From Andalucia godoyi And28 (Eukaryota; Protista; Jakobida), in assembly GCA_009859145.1 (NCBI GenBank), contig VRVR01000050.1, positions 173,448 through 237,447 on the forward strand: 64,000 nucleotides of DNA, read 5' to 3'. Shown piece after piece: positions 20,028-31,624 of this stretch. The notes beneath the pieces are model-generated. The model was not told the origin of the DNA, ran no database searches, and saw nothing but the letters and a program-made list of their open reading frames with translations. Position numbers and translations under genes: made by a program. The first letter of the stretch is position 1; the number at the start of each line of letters is the position of its first letter.

Positions 20028-21209
20028 ATGAGCCCAGCAGCCGTGTCCGCGAGTCTTGCGGCTCCTGTTTTGTCCTTTGACACTCCTCATGAAGACATGA
20101 TCCACGATGCACAGCTGGATTTCCATGCAAGAAAGCTTGCGACGGCGTCTTCGGATCGATCCATCCGCATTTTTGACGTGCCTGCTGCGTCTTCATCAAG
20201 TGCAGCAGCCGCAGCAGCTCCAGGATCGCTTAGGCCCGTCGCTGAAATCAGACAGGCACATGATGGACCCGTCTGGGCTGTTGCTTGGGCACACCCGCGC
20301 TTTGGGACGCTGCTGGCTTCGTGCTCTTATGATCGAAAAGTCAAGGTCTGGACACCTTCTCAACAACCAATCAACCAAAACCGTATGTCCGTTTCTTATT
20401 TCTTTCCTTCTTTTTTCTCCTTTGTTTTGTTGGGGTTGCTGTTTCATATGGATTTCTTCTCACTCATTGGTTCTTATCATTGACGTTCACGGCTTGGTGG
20501 CGTGTGTCTAGAGGGATCGAGTGGTGGTGGAATGATGAGTAACTGGGTGTGTGTTGCCGAGTACACACACAATGCAAGTGCCAATGCGGTTGCATTTGCG
20601 CCCCCCGATGCGTTCGCCGGGCCGGCGCTTGCATCTGTCGGATCGGATGGGGTTCTTTCGCTGGTCATCGCGACGCCCTCGTCCAGCGCACCGGGAGGCT
20701 ATGCGTGGCCATCGGCTGGAATCACTGTCGACACGCGGCATTCGGCGGCAACGTGTGTTTCATGGGCTCCATTCTCGGCCGCTGCAGCATCTTCCACGTC
20801 ATCGTCGCCGAATTCGAATGCGGTCCGCAGAATTGCGACGGGTGGGTGTGATAATCGTGTTCGGCTGTTCAAGTTTGATGGGGCGTCGAACTCGTTTGTT
20901 CCTGAGCGAGATCTTGTGGCACACTCGGACTGGGTCCGAGATGTAGCATTTGCGCCGTTTGCATATGCGCCGAATCGAGAAACACTCGTCTCGGCATCGC
21001 AGGACAAGTCGGTCGTTGTGTGGTCAATCGAAGCGGGAAAGGACGTCGAGCAAAAGGTGATCAATCTGGGTGCGGTTGTTTGGCGAGTCAGCTGGGGTGG
21101 CGTCGGCGGCGTTGTGGCAGCTACTTGTGCCGATGGACGAGTCGTCTTGTTGAGAGAAAACGCTGCCGGAGAATGGGTCAAGGTCGTCGAACAGGATGCC
21201 CAGGAATAG
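20028..21209 (+). CDS. SEC13: COPII/nucleoporin WD40 protein Sec13, 2 exons (20028-20382, 20512-21209)
   Basis: HEDMIHDAQLD, LATASSDRSIRIF, HDGPVWAVAWAHPRFG, HSDWVRDVAFAP, VWRVSW. The intron joins the two ORFs in frame. Confidence 0.93.
20383..20511 (+). other. Spliceosomal intron (129 nt)
   Basis: GTATGT donor, T-rich body, TTGAC branch-like site, CTAG acceptor; phase 1. Confidence 0.85.
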
Positions 21210-21590
21210 CTCCCTGCGCAATCTCCATCCTCTTGTTCCACGCGACTCGTGAAATATCAGTGTTGCCTGGAAAGGTCGTATCGTAAAAATTCAGCATCAT
21301 GTTTTTCTTATTCTTTGGGTTTCCTCCTAAAGGCCTTCAACACAAAATGCAAAAGACACGAGTTTCACTGCACTGTAGTTAGATGGGCTGCAGAGACCAT
21401 CCACCTTCCCAAATGGTACTCAATTGATGTGATCGATTTCTTCTTGGTTTTCCTTTTTCTGAATTGATATTCCGAGTCTTTTTTTTGGAGTCTTAACGGA
21501 AATTTACATTTTCATATTAATTCATTTTTTCTTTTCTTTTTCAATACTAACAATAGTAATATTACCAGAAAAGAAAAGAGCAAGCAAAAC

Positions 21591-21632
<42 letters not shown>

Positions 21633-21762
21633 GGAGAGAAGCAACATGCTGCGAATTGGAGCACAGATACTATCGAATGTGCTTGAATCGTGGAAGCGAG
21701 AGGTTGACCATATATGCTTGTCGTTTGCACAGCGGCCCGAGTCTACTACGACTGCTCATTCG

Positions 21763-24700
21763 ATGAGTTCCGAGTCAGGCACAGGGGTCGGCGGAAGTGG
21801 CGGTATTTCGAGCGGGGGAACAGGCGGCATGTCTTTGTCGTCGTCGTCGTCGTCGTCTTCGTCATCTGCGTCGTCGTCGTTGCCGATGTCTTTGATCTTG
21901 CAAGTGTCAGAGGAGCAGCGGTCAGCGGAAGAGTACCTGGCGTGCGGCATATCGGCGTCCTTGCTACGGTATGTGTCTGCGATGAGCGCGGTTTCGCGAC
22001 ATCCAAACTGGGTCAATGTGATCCTCGACTCGATTTTCGCGTGTCCAAAGCCGCTAATTCCAGAGAGCTTGTCACAGAACATAGCGTCTTCGCATTCGAC
22101 GAATCCACACAATCTGAATCACGCGCAGGTTGCGCGGATCATGGCGAATCGGGCACAGGACATGTTTAATCTGGTTTGCATGCGGACAATCAGCGCTGTG
22201 CTTTCGGGGCTTGCAATTCCTCATTGCTCGACAGAGCTCTCGGACAGAGTGGTTGCGCACTGCATGGCACATATGGACTTGGATGATGCTTCGAGGTGCG
22301 TTGGATCGCTTGCAAACTCGTCGTCGGCACAGTTTGCAAAGATTGCAAACAAGTACCTCATTGAGCTGACACTGAAGAAACCGACGTTTATTTATGCACT
22401 GCGGTATTTGCAGGTCGCTCGGCTGGAGGATTCTGCAGTGTCGGAGTTCCTCAGCAAGCTTCATATCCATTTTGCAAGCGCCAAAAAGATGGACTTGAAG
22501 CACTTGTACTGCGAGTCGCTCGTGGCATTGTTTGGGTCCGTGCAAGGTCCCATCACCAATGACGCACACAAGGAGTACCTGATGCCATATGTCGTGAAGG
22601 CGGAAAAATGGAACAAGAAGTCCAAGCACCAACAGGCGACCGTCCCGCTGCTCATCGTACTGTACAGTTTGCTTGGAAACCGCCAGCGAGATGTGTTTAC
22701 GCTCTGTATGACTGCGAAGCGAGTCTTTTCCGACGTTGTACTGTCTCTGGATGAGATGAACCAGCTGTCGAGGGTCTTGCCCATCACAAAGGAGAATGTA
22801 TTCTATTTTGCGAGCCACCAACTGGACTTTGCAATCATGAAGGTAATTCTACCAAGTATGCATCTGGAGGTTGCGCTCTCCGCTCTGTACGACCTGCTGA
22901 CGACCAAGGCTGCAGATATGAAGAGCTATTGCCCTCCACTGCACAAACAGCTTCTGTCCATGTTGACTGCTCGACAACAGGTGTCTTTGGCGCTTCGCAT
23001 TTCAAGGCTCATGTTGCCTGTCTATCGCATACCGTCACCTCTGATAGTGTCGCTGATGGAGTACTGCAATGGCTCTCCTACTCTTCGAGAGGACATCTGG
23101 GCATACATCGACGTCTTGCCGAACCCTCCGCTGGACCTTGTGTTCTTCTGCTTGTCGTCAAAGGATGTCGAGCTAGTATTCCGATGCCTGCATGTTGTGA
23201 AGAAGTGCATTGGAGACATTTCCGAGGCGCAGGTCCAGCAGCTGGAAGCGTGTGCGGTGATCTTGTTGTGCGATTCAAACATCCGCATGAGAATTGCGGC
23301 GCTTACGATTCTGGATAATTTGGTCAGCGAGAATCTGCTGTCGAGTAATCCTGACTCCGCTTCTTCGGGCACTGCTGGCAATGGGACAGACTTTGAAACG
23401 GACGGCTGCTCTGCAAGCATGGACTCTACCACGACGACATCCACAACAGGTACAGCGGTGTCGCCCACTTCTGCCGCCTCTACACAGGGCACATTTTCCT
23501 CAGTTCGTGTTACGCACATTCTCCACGAATTCATCCCCAATATTCATCAAATTTCGTTGGCAGATCATGCTGGAAATGACGAGTGGAAGCAGACTCTGGC
23601 GAAAATGGGGTCTCTTCTGCGCGAGTACACTCCGGCGGTTTCCCAGTACATTCTCAAATACATTGACCTACACAAAATGCTGCATGTGGAGAAATCCACA
23701 GATCTTGAGCAATGGGAGAGGCTGTCTGTTCTTGTGTGTTGCTTCAATCAGCTGCGTGATGTGCTCTTGAGCGCGCCGACCATCCGTTATGCATTGTTCC
23801 CTCTTGGGTGCCTGCGCTCAGAGTCGCTGATGCGCCAAACGATTGATGCCGTGTCTGCCTTGAAGACGACGTCTCGCATCCGGAAGTACTACCTGTCCAA
23901 GTTGTATGCGTCGTGGGTTGCTGGGTGCTTCGCAGAGCGTGAGGCACACATCAAGTCGGTCCTGGAAGTCGGAAAGTATTTTTCAGACATTGCGATTCGC
24001 GAGGGAATGGTTCAGACGGTGCTGAAGCTTGCGCAAGCACATCTTTCGCAAGTGTACTCGTTTGAATCGAGATTTACGTTCCTGTCGTTCTTGATTGACA
24101 ACTTTACAGCGTCCTTTGGACCGACGCCTTCGTTTTCATTCGAATCGAACCCAGATGCGGCAATCTCCGTGTGTGTGATGACGGATAGTTCGAGCAGAAA
24201 GGTGGCTTTGGATGAAAAGATGTATCGCGCGTTTCAGCTATCGTGCCATCGACTGACGAAATCCGCCATGATTTCTCTGTGCGAGTGCGGTCCTGTGCAC
24301 GACGGGGTTCTTGAAAAGAAAGTGATTGCGTATGCCGAGCAGCAGCTGTCTTCTCTGGAAGACCGCCGGTCGCTGTTGAGTGTGTTTCTGCAGCACAATC
24401 GATCCTGGATTCCCCACGCGGTGAATCAGGTGTACAAGCCAATATCGCCCGCGCAGTTTGCCACCGTAGACCAGACTCTGCAGTATGCATACTATGAAGC
24501 TCTAGTGCATGTATTTGCTGCCGATCGAAGACCCCATGCAGAAGAAGCGCCAGTTGACATGCCGGTTATTTGCCTTGCGTTATACGCCATCGCGCGGTTT
24601 GGAGACGGCAAGCTTTTCCACCGGAGCACATCGGACATGGTGCAAACAGCAGGGTCTCTCGATTTCTCGCACATCGAAACTGCCATTCAGTGTTGTAGAA

Positions 24701-27354
24701 CGGTGGCAGTGTCGGAAAAGTATGATCGCCTGGACATTCTCAAAGAGTTTGTGTCTCGCTTATCCACAGAGTCTCTCGATTTTGTGACTCCAATCCTGTC
24801 CGAATGGGTGTCCAAGTTTCCGCTACATTCCAAGACATCAAAGGACGTTCTGAAGCTGTTGTTTTTTGACGTGTCTGTGTGCTTCCCGTCGACAGTCTCG
24901 AATGTGTGGGTATCTCTGTGCTCGAGGCCTGATTGGATTCCGTTTACCTTGAACTACTTCTTGCACATCAACTTTGAAGAGTTAGACCCCTTGTCGATTG
25001 ACATGGTGAAGCGCATTGTTGCAATCATCTCGCTTCTTGACGTTCCAGCGGTGCTGTCCTGTGTTGTGAATGCCATGGACGAATTCCATGTGTCCTCAAT
25101 CGTGGTTTCTTCGGAAATCTTGTTCTTGCTGCCGGTCCATGCACTCGCCCCGTATCTTCCGACGATCGCGTCGTTTTGCTTGCTCTCGCTGCAGAATGCA
25201 CCGATGTGGTCTCTGAAGTATCTGTATCTCTGCATGCAGCATCTGCTCTTCACATGTTCTGTGAAGCCGCTTGAGGCGTACATTTCCTTTCATCCAGATT
25301 CCTTCGAGGCCGTTGAGCAGCTCGATCGCTCCAAAACCCTGATCCACCATCTCCAGGCCATGGCTCTAGCAGTGCCTTCACCGAACACCTCTTCCGCCTC
25401 CGCATCCACGTTTACGTTCACTTCCAATCCAGCATCGGCATCGCCGCTTTCAGGATCGGCCACTGCAACGTTATCGTCGTCTCCGTCTCCAAAGGGAATT
25501 GCGGCGCTAACATTAGTCGAGTGGACTGCGGAAATATGCGAGTTGGTCAAGGACGTTGATCAGTTTGCGGCGGCCGTTTGCGACAAGTCTCTTGTGTGGG
25601 CAGTCGCATGTGCTGCTTCTGAAGTGCGCCGACAGCAATCTTTTGTGCCGGTGTGTTTGAGCATCTACCGCGGGACTATTTCAAAGAGCGCAGTGAACCC
25701 ATCGGTTGGCCAGCTGCACAAACTTATCGAACTGGGGTCTGCAATCTCAGAGGCTACGATGCTGTTGGAGGTGATGTCTGCGCTTACCAGTTTTATGGAG
25801 TCGCTGAGAGAATCCAATTACTTGTTGTTTCCGCAGCTGTGGTGGATGATTGTCGGTCTGCTCTATTCCCCAGACGAAAAAATATACGCCTCGGCACTCC
25901 GGCTGTGCGAAAAGTACTTTTACGCAGTTGATTTTGCCTCCGACACCGTGCAAACTGTCTTGTCCGCCGCCTTGCCTCCTTCTTTGTCCATGACGGGCAA
26001 CAGTGCTGATTCCGCTATGCAGTTCTTCGACGGTTTGGCACCACTGCTTCTTCGCGGGACCATTTCCCACCACTGCGAGGAGACGTCATACAAGCTGTTG
26101 ATCCATGCGCTGTCTTCTCACTGCTACTCGATTTTGGATCCGAGCCAGCGCTACTTTGGACAACTGATTGTCGTTCTGCTGCCGTACATTTGCTCCAAGT
26201 TGTTCGCAACGACATCCTTTGCCTCCCAACTGTCCAGCGTGAAGTCCGGGCAAGCATCGTCGGGGTTCGTCATCGCAGGAGATGCTCCGCTGAGCCCGCG
26301 CATTACAAGTCGGCAACGTGGCCAGTCTGTCACGAGGCTGCAGTCGACAAATGGAAAGTTGTCGTCCGTCATTGCTCCAACGCATGAGCCTACGTTCACC
26401 CCAGATACCATGGAGCGGGTATCCACCATCTTAACCGCTGAAGACGAAAAGGTACGCCGCACCAGGATATCGTTTCTGCTCAAGGAAGAAGGAGTGGAAG
26501 ACGTTACCACGGGCATTCGGGGGTCCGAAGCGTTGGGTGTCTTCTGTGAATCGTTGGGCGAGTCTCGCTTGAGCAAAGTGTTTGCCAAAGTCTCAAAATT
26601 AACGTATGCCAAAGAAGACCTGTTCTTTTCGGATCTGCGGAAACCGCTAATTGTACTACTTGAGAGCGAAGCATTGAAACAGCGGGAGAGGCGGAATTCA
26701 CTTGAAAAAGACGTTTCCCAAGTCGCGAATGACCCCTTGGCTCTTTGGCATGTAGGGTCTGCCACCTTGAACAATCTTTTGGACATTCTTTGCCGCATTC
26801 TCGGCCATGGCAATGCATCGCTTCGACCTCACGTGTTTGGTCTCCTGCGGATGTTCATGCTATCTGTGGATTTGGACAAGGTGACTCGCGCCGATTCGTT
26901 CATCGACGTTACTTCATCATTCTTGCGAGGTGCATTCCAGCAAGATGCAGAGCTCGTGCTCGATGCTGCTGCTCACAATCTGTCTCGGAAGCTCTCCGCC
27001 CAACAGTTTACAGAGGCAGCGGCGAAGATCAAGGAGCGCATGGGGCTTCCCTCGCAGTCGCAGTCGCAGTCGCAGTCGCAGTCCAAAGCGCATTTGTCCG
27101 CCAGGGATCCCTCCTTCTTCTCTTCCTCCGCTTCTTCTTCTTCTTCTTCTTCTTCTTCTTCTTCGGTGAGCCTGGCAGAGGATGGGTCATCGAGCGACCA
27201 TCTTGCTGCTGGTATCCAAGATTCCACGCAAGATCAGGCACAGAATGGTAGTGGCCATGCAGTTGCAGTGGATCCTGAGGCAGTTCGTTCCACTGTGCAT
27301 GCTCCGTCTCGCCACTTACTCATCTTGAAGGAGCTGCTTGCATCCACTCTTTGA
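21763..27354 (+). CDS. FRY: Furry/Tao3/Mor2-like HEAT-repeat morphogenesis scaffold
   Basis: About 1860-aa alpha-solenoid with MOR2-PAG1 C-terminal-like blocks (FPQLWWMIVGLLYS...IYASALRL; FDGLAPLLLRG). The ORF opens at 21646; 21763 is the likely ATG. Confidence 0.65.
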   Translation: MSSESGTGVGGSGGISSGGTGGMSLSSSSSSSSSSASSSLPMSLILQVSEEQRSAEEYLACGISASLLRYVSAMSAVSRHPNWVNVILDSIFACPKPLIPESLSQNIASSHSTNPHNLNHAQVARIMANRAQDMFNLVCMRTISAVLSGLAIPHCSTELSDRVVAHCMAHMDLDDASRCVGSLANSSSAQFAKIANKYLIELTLKKPTFIYALRYLQVARLEDSAVSEFLSKLHIHFASAKKMDLKHLYCESLVALFGSVQGPITNDAHKEYLMPYVVKAEKWNKKSKHQQATVPLLIVLYSLLGNRQRDVFTLCMTAKRVFSDVVLSLDEMNQLSRVLPITKENVFYFASHQLDFAIMKVILPSMHLEVALSALYDLLTTKAADMKSYCPPLHKQLLSMLTARQQVSLALRISRLMLPVYRIPSPLIVSLMEYCNGSPTLREDIWAYIDVLPNPPLDLVFFCLSSKDVELVFRCLHVVKKCIGDISEAQVQQLEACAVILLCDSNIRMRIAALTILDNLVSENLLSSNPDSASSGTAGNGTDFETDGCSASMDSTTTTSTTGTAVSPTSAASTQGTFSSVRVTHILHEFIPNIHQISLADHAGNDEWKQTLAKMGSLLREYTPAVSQYILKYIDLHKMLHVEKSTDLEQWERLSVLVCCFNQLRDVLLSAPTIRYALFPLGCLRSESLMRQTIDAVSALKTTSRIRKYYLSKLYASWVAGCFAEREAHIKSVLEVGKYFSDIAIREGMVQTVLKLAQAHLSQVYSFESRFTFLSFLIDNFTASFGPTPSFSFESNPDAAISVCVMTDSSSRKVALDEKMYRAFQLSCHRLTKSAMISLCECGPVHDGVLEKKVIAYAEQQLSSLEDRRSLLSVFLQHNRSWIPHAVNQVYKPISPAQFATVDQTLQYAYYEALVHVFAADRRPHAEEAPVDMPVICLALYAIARFGDGKLFHRSTSDMVQTAGSLDFSHIETAIQCCRTVAVSEKYDRLDILKEFVSRLSTESLDFVTPILSEWVSKFPLHSKTSKDVLKLLFFDVSVCFPSTVSNVWVSLCSRPDWIPFTLNYFLHINFEELDPLSIDMVKRIVAIISLLDVPAVLSCVVNAMDEFHVSSIVVSSEILFLLPVHALAPYLPTIASFCLLSLQNAPMWSLKYLYLCMQHLLFTCSVKPLEAYISFHPDSFEAVEQLDRSKTLIHHLQAMALAVPSPNTSSASASTFTFTSNPASASPLSGSATATLSSSPSPKGIAALTLVEWTAEICELVKDVDQFAAAVCDKSLVWAVACAASEVRRQQSFVPVCLSIYRGTISKSAVNPSVGQLHKLIELGSAISEATMLLEVMSALTSFMESLRESNYLLFPQLWWMIVGLLYSPDEKIYASALRLCEKYFYAVDFASDTVQTVLSAALPPSLSMTGNSADSAMQFFDGLAPLLLRGTISHHCEETSYKLLIHALSSHCYSILDPSQRYFGQLIVVLLPYICSKLFATTSFASQLSSVKSGQASSGFVIAGDAPLSPRITSRQRGQSVTRLQSTNGKLSSVIAPTHEPTFTPDTMERVSTILTAEDEKVRRTRISFLLKEEGVEDVTTGIRGSEALGVFCESLGESRLSKVFAKVSKLTYAKEDLFFSDLRKPLIVLLESEALKQRERRNSLEKDVSQVANDPLALWHVGSATLNNLLDILCRILGHGNASLRPHVFGLLRMFMLSVDLDKVTRADSFIDVTSSFLRGAFQQDAELVLDAAAHNLSRKLSAQQFTEAAAKIKERMGLPSQSQSQSQSQSKAHLSARDPSFFSSSASSSSSSSSSSSVSLAEDGSSSDHLAAGIQDSTQDQAQNGSGHAVAVDPEAVRSTVHAPSRHLLILKELLASTL

Positions 27355-27394
27355 GGAATAAACAGTTCTACCACACCAGCCGCTGTTTCACGAC

Positions 27395-29755
27395 TCACAG
27401 CATTCGTTGTTCATCTACAGAAAACACACGAATGGAGCCATCGGTGGAGCACGTTGCTAACGCAATACCGCCCGATTCCTCCAGCCGTTTCCATACGCAT
27501 TTTCGAACCGTTTCTGCGTGCATCTGAGCAGGAGACACATGGAACAGTGGGTTCAGCGTCCCTTCTCTATCCACCTTGTACACTGAGATCGAGCCCGTCT
27601 CCGAACCCGACGCAAGCACCGAGTCATGTTTGTCGTTCTTGAAGAACGAAACCGCGGTTTGCGGATCGGAGCACTGCAGTTTGGCCGCACACTGAATGGA
27701 GCACTTTCCGTTCATCTGAGAAAAGGTCCACAGCTTGATGCTCTTGTCTCGAGAACACGTTGCAAACATTGTCCCGTTTGCGTTCCACGAGCAAGACCAC
27801 AGGATCCGATCGTGTGCCTTGTCTTCGCGAGCGACACATGCGAACGGAGAAACCGTTTCATACACAAAGAAGGATCGATCGCGAGTCACGCAGAGCAGGT
27901 GCCGTCCGTCCGGGGAGAATTCCAGCTGAGTAACTGTAAACTGTGCTTCACCAGCAAATACGTGTTTCTTCGTGGACGTGGCGGTATCCCACAGAATCGG
28001 AGCAGCAAACGTCCCTTGTGCTGCTCTGCAGGAGCTGGCCATCAACTTCCCGTCTGGCGACACTGCAACGGCAACGATTTCGTTTGCATGGCCGTACAAC
28101 TTTGCAGTTTCTGGCCACAGCGTGTTCTGCAGCCTATGTTCTTCCAGCGGCGGCGCTTGCATGGCCATTGGTTCAAACGGCCGTGCAAATTCTGCGTCTG
28201 CCTCCAGGAAAGCACCGTTCTCCCCCAACTGCGTGATCGGTCTGTTAGTCAAACCGAGTTCAGGGACGGAGGCTCCAAGAGGCCGGTTCTCCAGCTCCAA
28301 TGAGGGCGATTTCACCCTGTAGTCCGTGAGATTTTGCAAACTGGTGATGAATGTCGCAGGTGCTTCAAAGATTCGCAGGACCTTCTCCTCTGCGCCCGAT
28401 ACGAACGAATGCGGCTTATGTGCGAGCAAGGATCCAATGCAGCACATGTTGTATCCGTGAATTTGCGGTCGCGAAATCTCCATCATGCGCTGCAAAGAAC
28501 AGCGGTCCGAGTCTGCAATCTTTGCCATTCGTGCAGAGTGCGCATTGAGAGAATCCCACAGCCGCGAGGTCTGGTCTGTCGATGTGGAGAGGAGATAGTG
28601 GTCATCCCAAGCAATATCCATCACTGCATCTGCATGTCCACCGACTGCCACAGTAGAAGGAACCTCTCGATCGTAGAGATGCAACGCACCGTTGAACGCA
28701 TACACAAAGTACGCACTTCCAAAGTAACCTTCCTGGTCGTCGGACACTGCTTGCGTGTCATCCCGAAGAACAACATACCGATCATTGCGAATATACGTTC
28801 CCCCAACGAATCCTTGCTGTCCGAAAATGCCGGCGGTGCCACCGAACTCTCCAACACGACGGTACACAGACCAGACGTCGTGGTCAACGCGCCAACGGAT
28901 GACGGACCGGTCTGCCGAGACCGACATGACTTCATCAAAGCAGCACACTCCTTCCATTTCCAGATAATGCGACTTGTTGAACGCCACTGCACAAACCGTA
29001 TTATCATGCGCGCTCATTACGGAGTCGCACGCAATCTTCACGCGAGCCGATGCATCTCGCGAAATCTTCCACAGCCGAACCTTTTGGTCCTGCGATCCCG
29101 AGACCATGTACACAAACTGCCTGAAATCCGACCGCGAGACACCGAGCTGTACGGACTGTACCCAGTTTTTGTGTCCCTTTGCTACGGCGTACGGCACGAA
29201 CTGGCCGTTCTCACCCCACTTGTACACATGCACCGAGTCGTCCGTTGCCGAGAATGCAAGCACATCTGCGCAGACTGCACACGCCAACCCAAGTCGCTTG
29301 TTGGGAACCTCGATCTTTTGGAACAGTGAACAGTCGCTCAAGTCCCAGACACAAACATCCGAGTTCGCCGAGACCGACACGAGCCACTTCTTCCCAGGGA
29401 CTTCTCCACAGTCTTTGACGGCGAAGGTCTGGTCGACCGCGACACACTCGACGGGATCGGCGGACGGGCATTTCAGAACGTTGATAATCGATCGAGAAGC
29501 CAGGTTGACCACCGAGACACTCGCGTCGTTGCATCCTGCGTACGCATATCCATTGTGCGCAGCGACCGTCGTCACAACCGGCCTGCGGCCACCAGCTGTA
29601 GTCGCCGCCTTGATGCTAGCGACCGTCCGGCCTGCATCAACTGAGAACAGCACCACAAAACAGCCGCCGCCGTATACGAGCGTTCGCGTCTTGTCGTCAT
29701 ACGCCATGCAGTGCGGCGTCCGGTTGGTCCCAATCCCGAGAAACTGCAACTCCAT
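27395..29755 (-). CDS. ELP2: Elongator complex protein 2 (WD40)
   Basis: EISRPQIHGYNM, FVSGAEEKVLRIFEAP, QNTLWPETAKLYGH and HDRILWSCSW are Elp2 signatures. Confidence 0.92.
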   Translation of the reverse strand: MELQFLGIGTNRTPHCMAYDDKTRTLVYGGGCFVVLFSVDAGRTVASIKAATTAGGRRPVVTTVAAHNGYAYAGCNDASVSVVNLASRSIINVLKCPSADPVECVAVDQTFAVKDCGEVPGKKWLVSVSANSDVCVWDLSDCSLFQKIEVPNKRLGLACAVCADVLAFSATDDSVHVYKWGENGQFVPYAVAKGHKNWVQSVQLGVSRSDFRQFVYMVSGSQDQKVRLWKISRDASARVKIACDSVMSAHDNTVCAVAFNKSHYLEMEGVCCFDEVMSVSADRSVIRWRVDHDVWSVYRRVGEFGGTAGIFGQQGFVGGTYIRNDRYVVLRDDTQAVSDDQEGYFGSAYFVYAFNGALHLYDREVPSTVAVGGHADAVMDIAWDDHYLLSTSTDQTSRLWDSLNAHSARMAKIADSDRCSLQRMMEISRPQIHGYNMCCIGSLLAHKPHSFVSGAEEKVLRIFEAPATFITSLQNLTDYRVKSPSLELENRPLGASVPELGLTNRPITQLGENGAFLEADAEFARPFEPMAMQAPPLEEHRLQNTLWPETAKLYGHANEIVAVAVSPDGKLMASSCRAAQGTFAAPILWDTATSTKKHVFAGEAQFTVTQLEFSPDGRHLLCVTRDRSFFVYETVSPFACVAREDKAHDRILWSCSWNANGTMFATCSRDKSIKLWTFSQMNGKCSIQCAAKLQCSDPQTAVSFFKNDKHDSVLASGSETGSISVYKVDREGTLNPLFHVSPAQMHAETVRKCVWKRLEESGGIALATCSTDGSIRVFSVDEQRML

Positions 29756-30046
29756 CCTTCTTTCGCAATGCAGCACACCAACACAACGCACTGATCAGTA
29801 ACACTACAGTACAATAAACAATGGTTGGGGAGGGGGGAAAATAATAATAAATAAAGATGAATGGCAAAGTAATCAAGTGCCGAGGCAAAACGAAAAGAGT
29901 CGCGGATAAGAGAGAAAGACGCAGCTTTAGCGTGCAATCGCTAGGATGCAATGATATTCGCGCTCTACCGAAAAACCGGCTCGCAGCCAAGTTCAGGATT
30001 CTATTTCTCTCCAATTAGCTGGTTGGCGTTTCTTGGAGTTGACAGC

Positions 30047-30988
30047 ATGTTTGGGTACTTTCGCTGCTGCCGCGCGTGTTTTGCGACCAATGTTGTGTCG
30101 CGCGAGTCTGCGGCTCCACGATTATTCATGCACAATAAGAAGCAAGGAGTGATTGTGGGCAATCCGAACCCGAACTTCGACGCGGCCTTGTCCCCGTCAC
30201 TGCCATCGCCATCCTCATTGTCATTGTCATTGTCATTGTTGTCGGGTGCGAGGAGCACAGAAAAAAAGAAGCCGCCGAGATCAAAAAAGGAGAAGAAGCC
30301 CTTTGAGTTTCTGCTGCCGCATTTGGAACGCATGCCGGGGCTTCCCGCAGGCTTGATGCCCGTTGGACGGCTGGATGCGAATTCGGAGGGACTGTTGCTG
30401 CTGACGACAGATGGAAAGTTGAAGCAGAGCATCGAGCGGTCGGATCTGCCGCGCGAATACAGAGTCAAGGTGCATGCTCTTGGAGTCAGTCATAAGGGCG
30501 GCGTGCTCCCAGATGCTTTGGCGCGTATGGAGAAGTATGCAAAAGCAGGCGTTCCTGCATTTTCTCCACGGCCATCACGGGCCAAGAAGGGTCGTTTAGC
30601 AAGCATCATCATTCCGCCGCAGCATCAAGACGCCAGCGTCAGCAGCGGTATCGGTGACTTTGGCGGAGTAGAAGAGGCGACGACAGCGAACGCAAACAAG
30701 AAGCAGCAACGGGAGAAAGAGGAGGGTTTGTTCTTATACAGACCGTTTGGGTTTCATGTGGAAAAAGCAGGGTCCGGAGCGACGAATGCATGGGTGCGAA
30801 TAACACTTGCAGAGGGACGCAATCGAGAAGTGCGGAACTTGTGCGAGAGAGCAGGGCTGGGCGTTGTGCGGCTCATCCGAGAAAAATTCGGACCGTACCG
30901 TCTTGGACAGTTGGAGAAGGGAGCCGTGTTTGAAGTGGACACCAAGCTGATGCTCCAGGCTCTCGCCAGAGAAAGCACCCCTTCCTAG
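30047..30988 (+). CDS. RsuA/RluB/E/F-family rRNA pseudouridine synthase, probably mitochondrial
   Basis: PVGRLDANSEGLLLLTTDG (catalytic Asp) and ITLAEGRNREVRNL...GLGVVRLIREKFGP; Arg-rich presequence-like start. Confidence 0.85.
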   Translation: MFGYFRCCRACFATNVVSRESAAPRLFMHNKKQGVIVGNPNPNFDAALSPSLPSPSSLSLSLSLLSGARSTEKKKPPRSKKEKKPFEFLLPHLERMPGLPAGLMPVGRLDANSEGLLLLTTDGKLKQSIERSDLPREYRVKVHALGVSHKGGVLPDALARMEKYAKAGVPAFSPRPSRAKKGRLASIIIPPQHQDASVSSGIGDFGGVEEATTANANKKQQREKEEGLFLYRPFGFHVEKAGSGATNAWVRITLAEGRNREVRNLCERAGLGVVRLIREKFGPYRLGQLEKGAVFEVDTKLMLQALARESTPS

Positions 30989-31137
30989 TAGATGCCACCG
31001 ACCGTAAAAACAAAATAATAATAAATAATAACTAAATGATTGTTCGTACTTTTCGTTCGCAAGTGCCCAGCTGGTCCCTCGACTAATTAACAAAGTAAGC
31101 ACTAAGCGGGCGCTGGCGAACTTTGTTGTTGAAGAAA

Positions 31138-31389
31138 ATGACTCGATATGTGTATCCAACAGCCGATCGTCCTCTGACCTCTCCGCTTCCTTCGGAAATG
31201 TACCCTCTCTTGACGTTTCTGCTGTTCGGTGGCGGTCTCGTGTTTGCTGTGTTTCTCTTCTTGTACATCATGACGGTTCCAAAGCGATCTCGAGACGTGT
31301 ATCGCGAACTCACTTTCGCAATTGTTTCCGCTATCCAGCTTGGCTTCGGAACTCTCTTTCTCTTGCTCTGGTGCGGCCTCTACGTCTGA
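31138..31389 (+). CDS. TMEM258: Oligosaccharyltransferase subunit OST5/TMEM258
   Basis: 83 aa, two TM helices, C-terminal LGFGTLFLLLWCGLYV signature. Confidence 0.88.
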   Translation: MTRYVYPTADRPLTSPLPSEMYPLLTFLLFGGGLVFAVFLFLYIMTVPKRSRDVYRELTFAIVSAIQLGFGTLFLLLWCGLYV

Positions 31390-31624
31390 GTCTCTTCGTG
31401 GGGACTCAGTTCGTCATCGACTGTAGTGTACCGTTAAAAACACCCATCAAAGAAACATTCTCTCGATTTCAGCGGCTGTAGTAGGAGTTCGTTATTTGAG
31501 TATCTTTTGAATTTCAATTCCATTCAATAAATCCATTCATTTCGTTTTGCATTGTTTTCTTCGATTGTTTTCCTCGCTTAGTTTGCTTAATCTGTCTGTC
31601 TGTCTGTCTGTCTGCCTGCGAGGG

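Noticed and set aside
21258-21290. CAGTGT...GTAAAAA in the SEC13 3' region as another element end
   Set aside because: The spacer is 19 nt rather than 11, and there is no upstream nuclease remnant.
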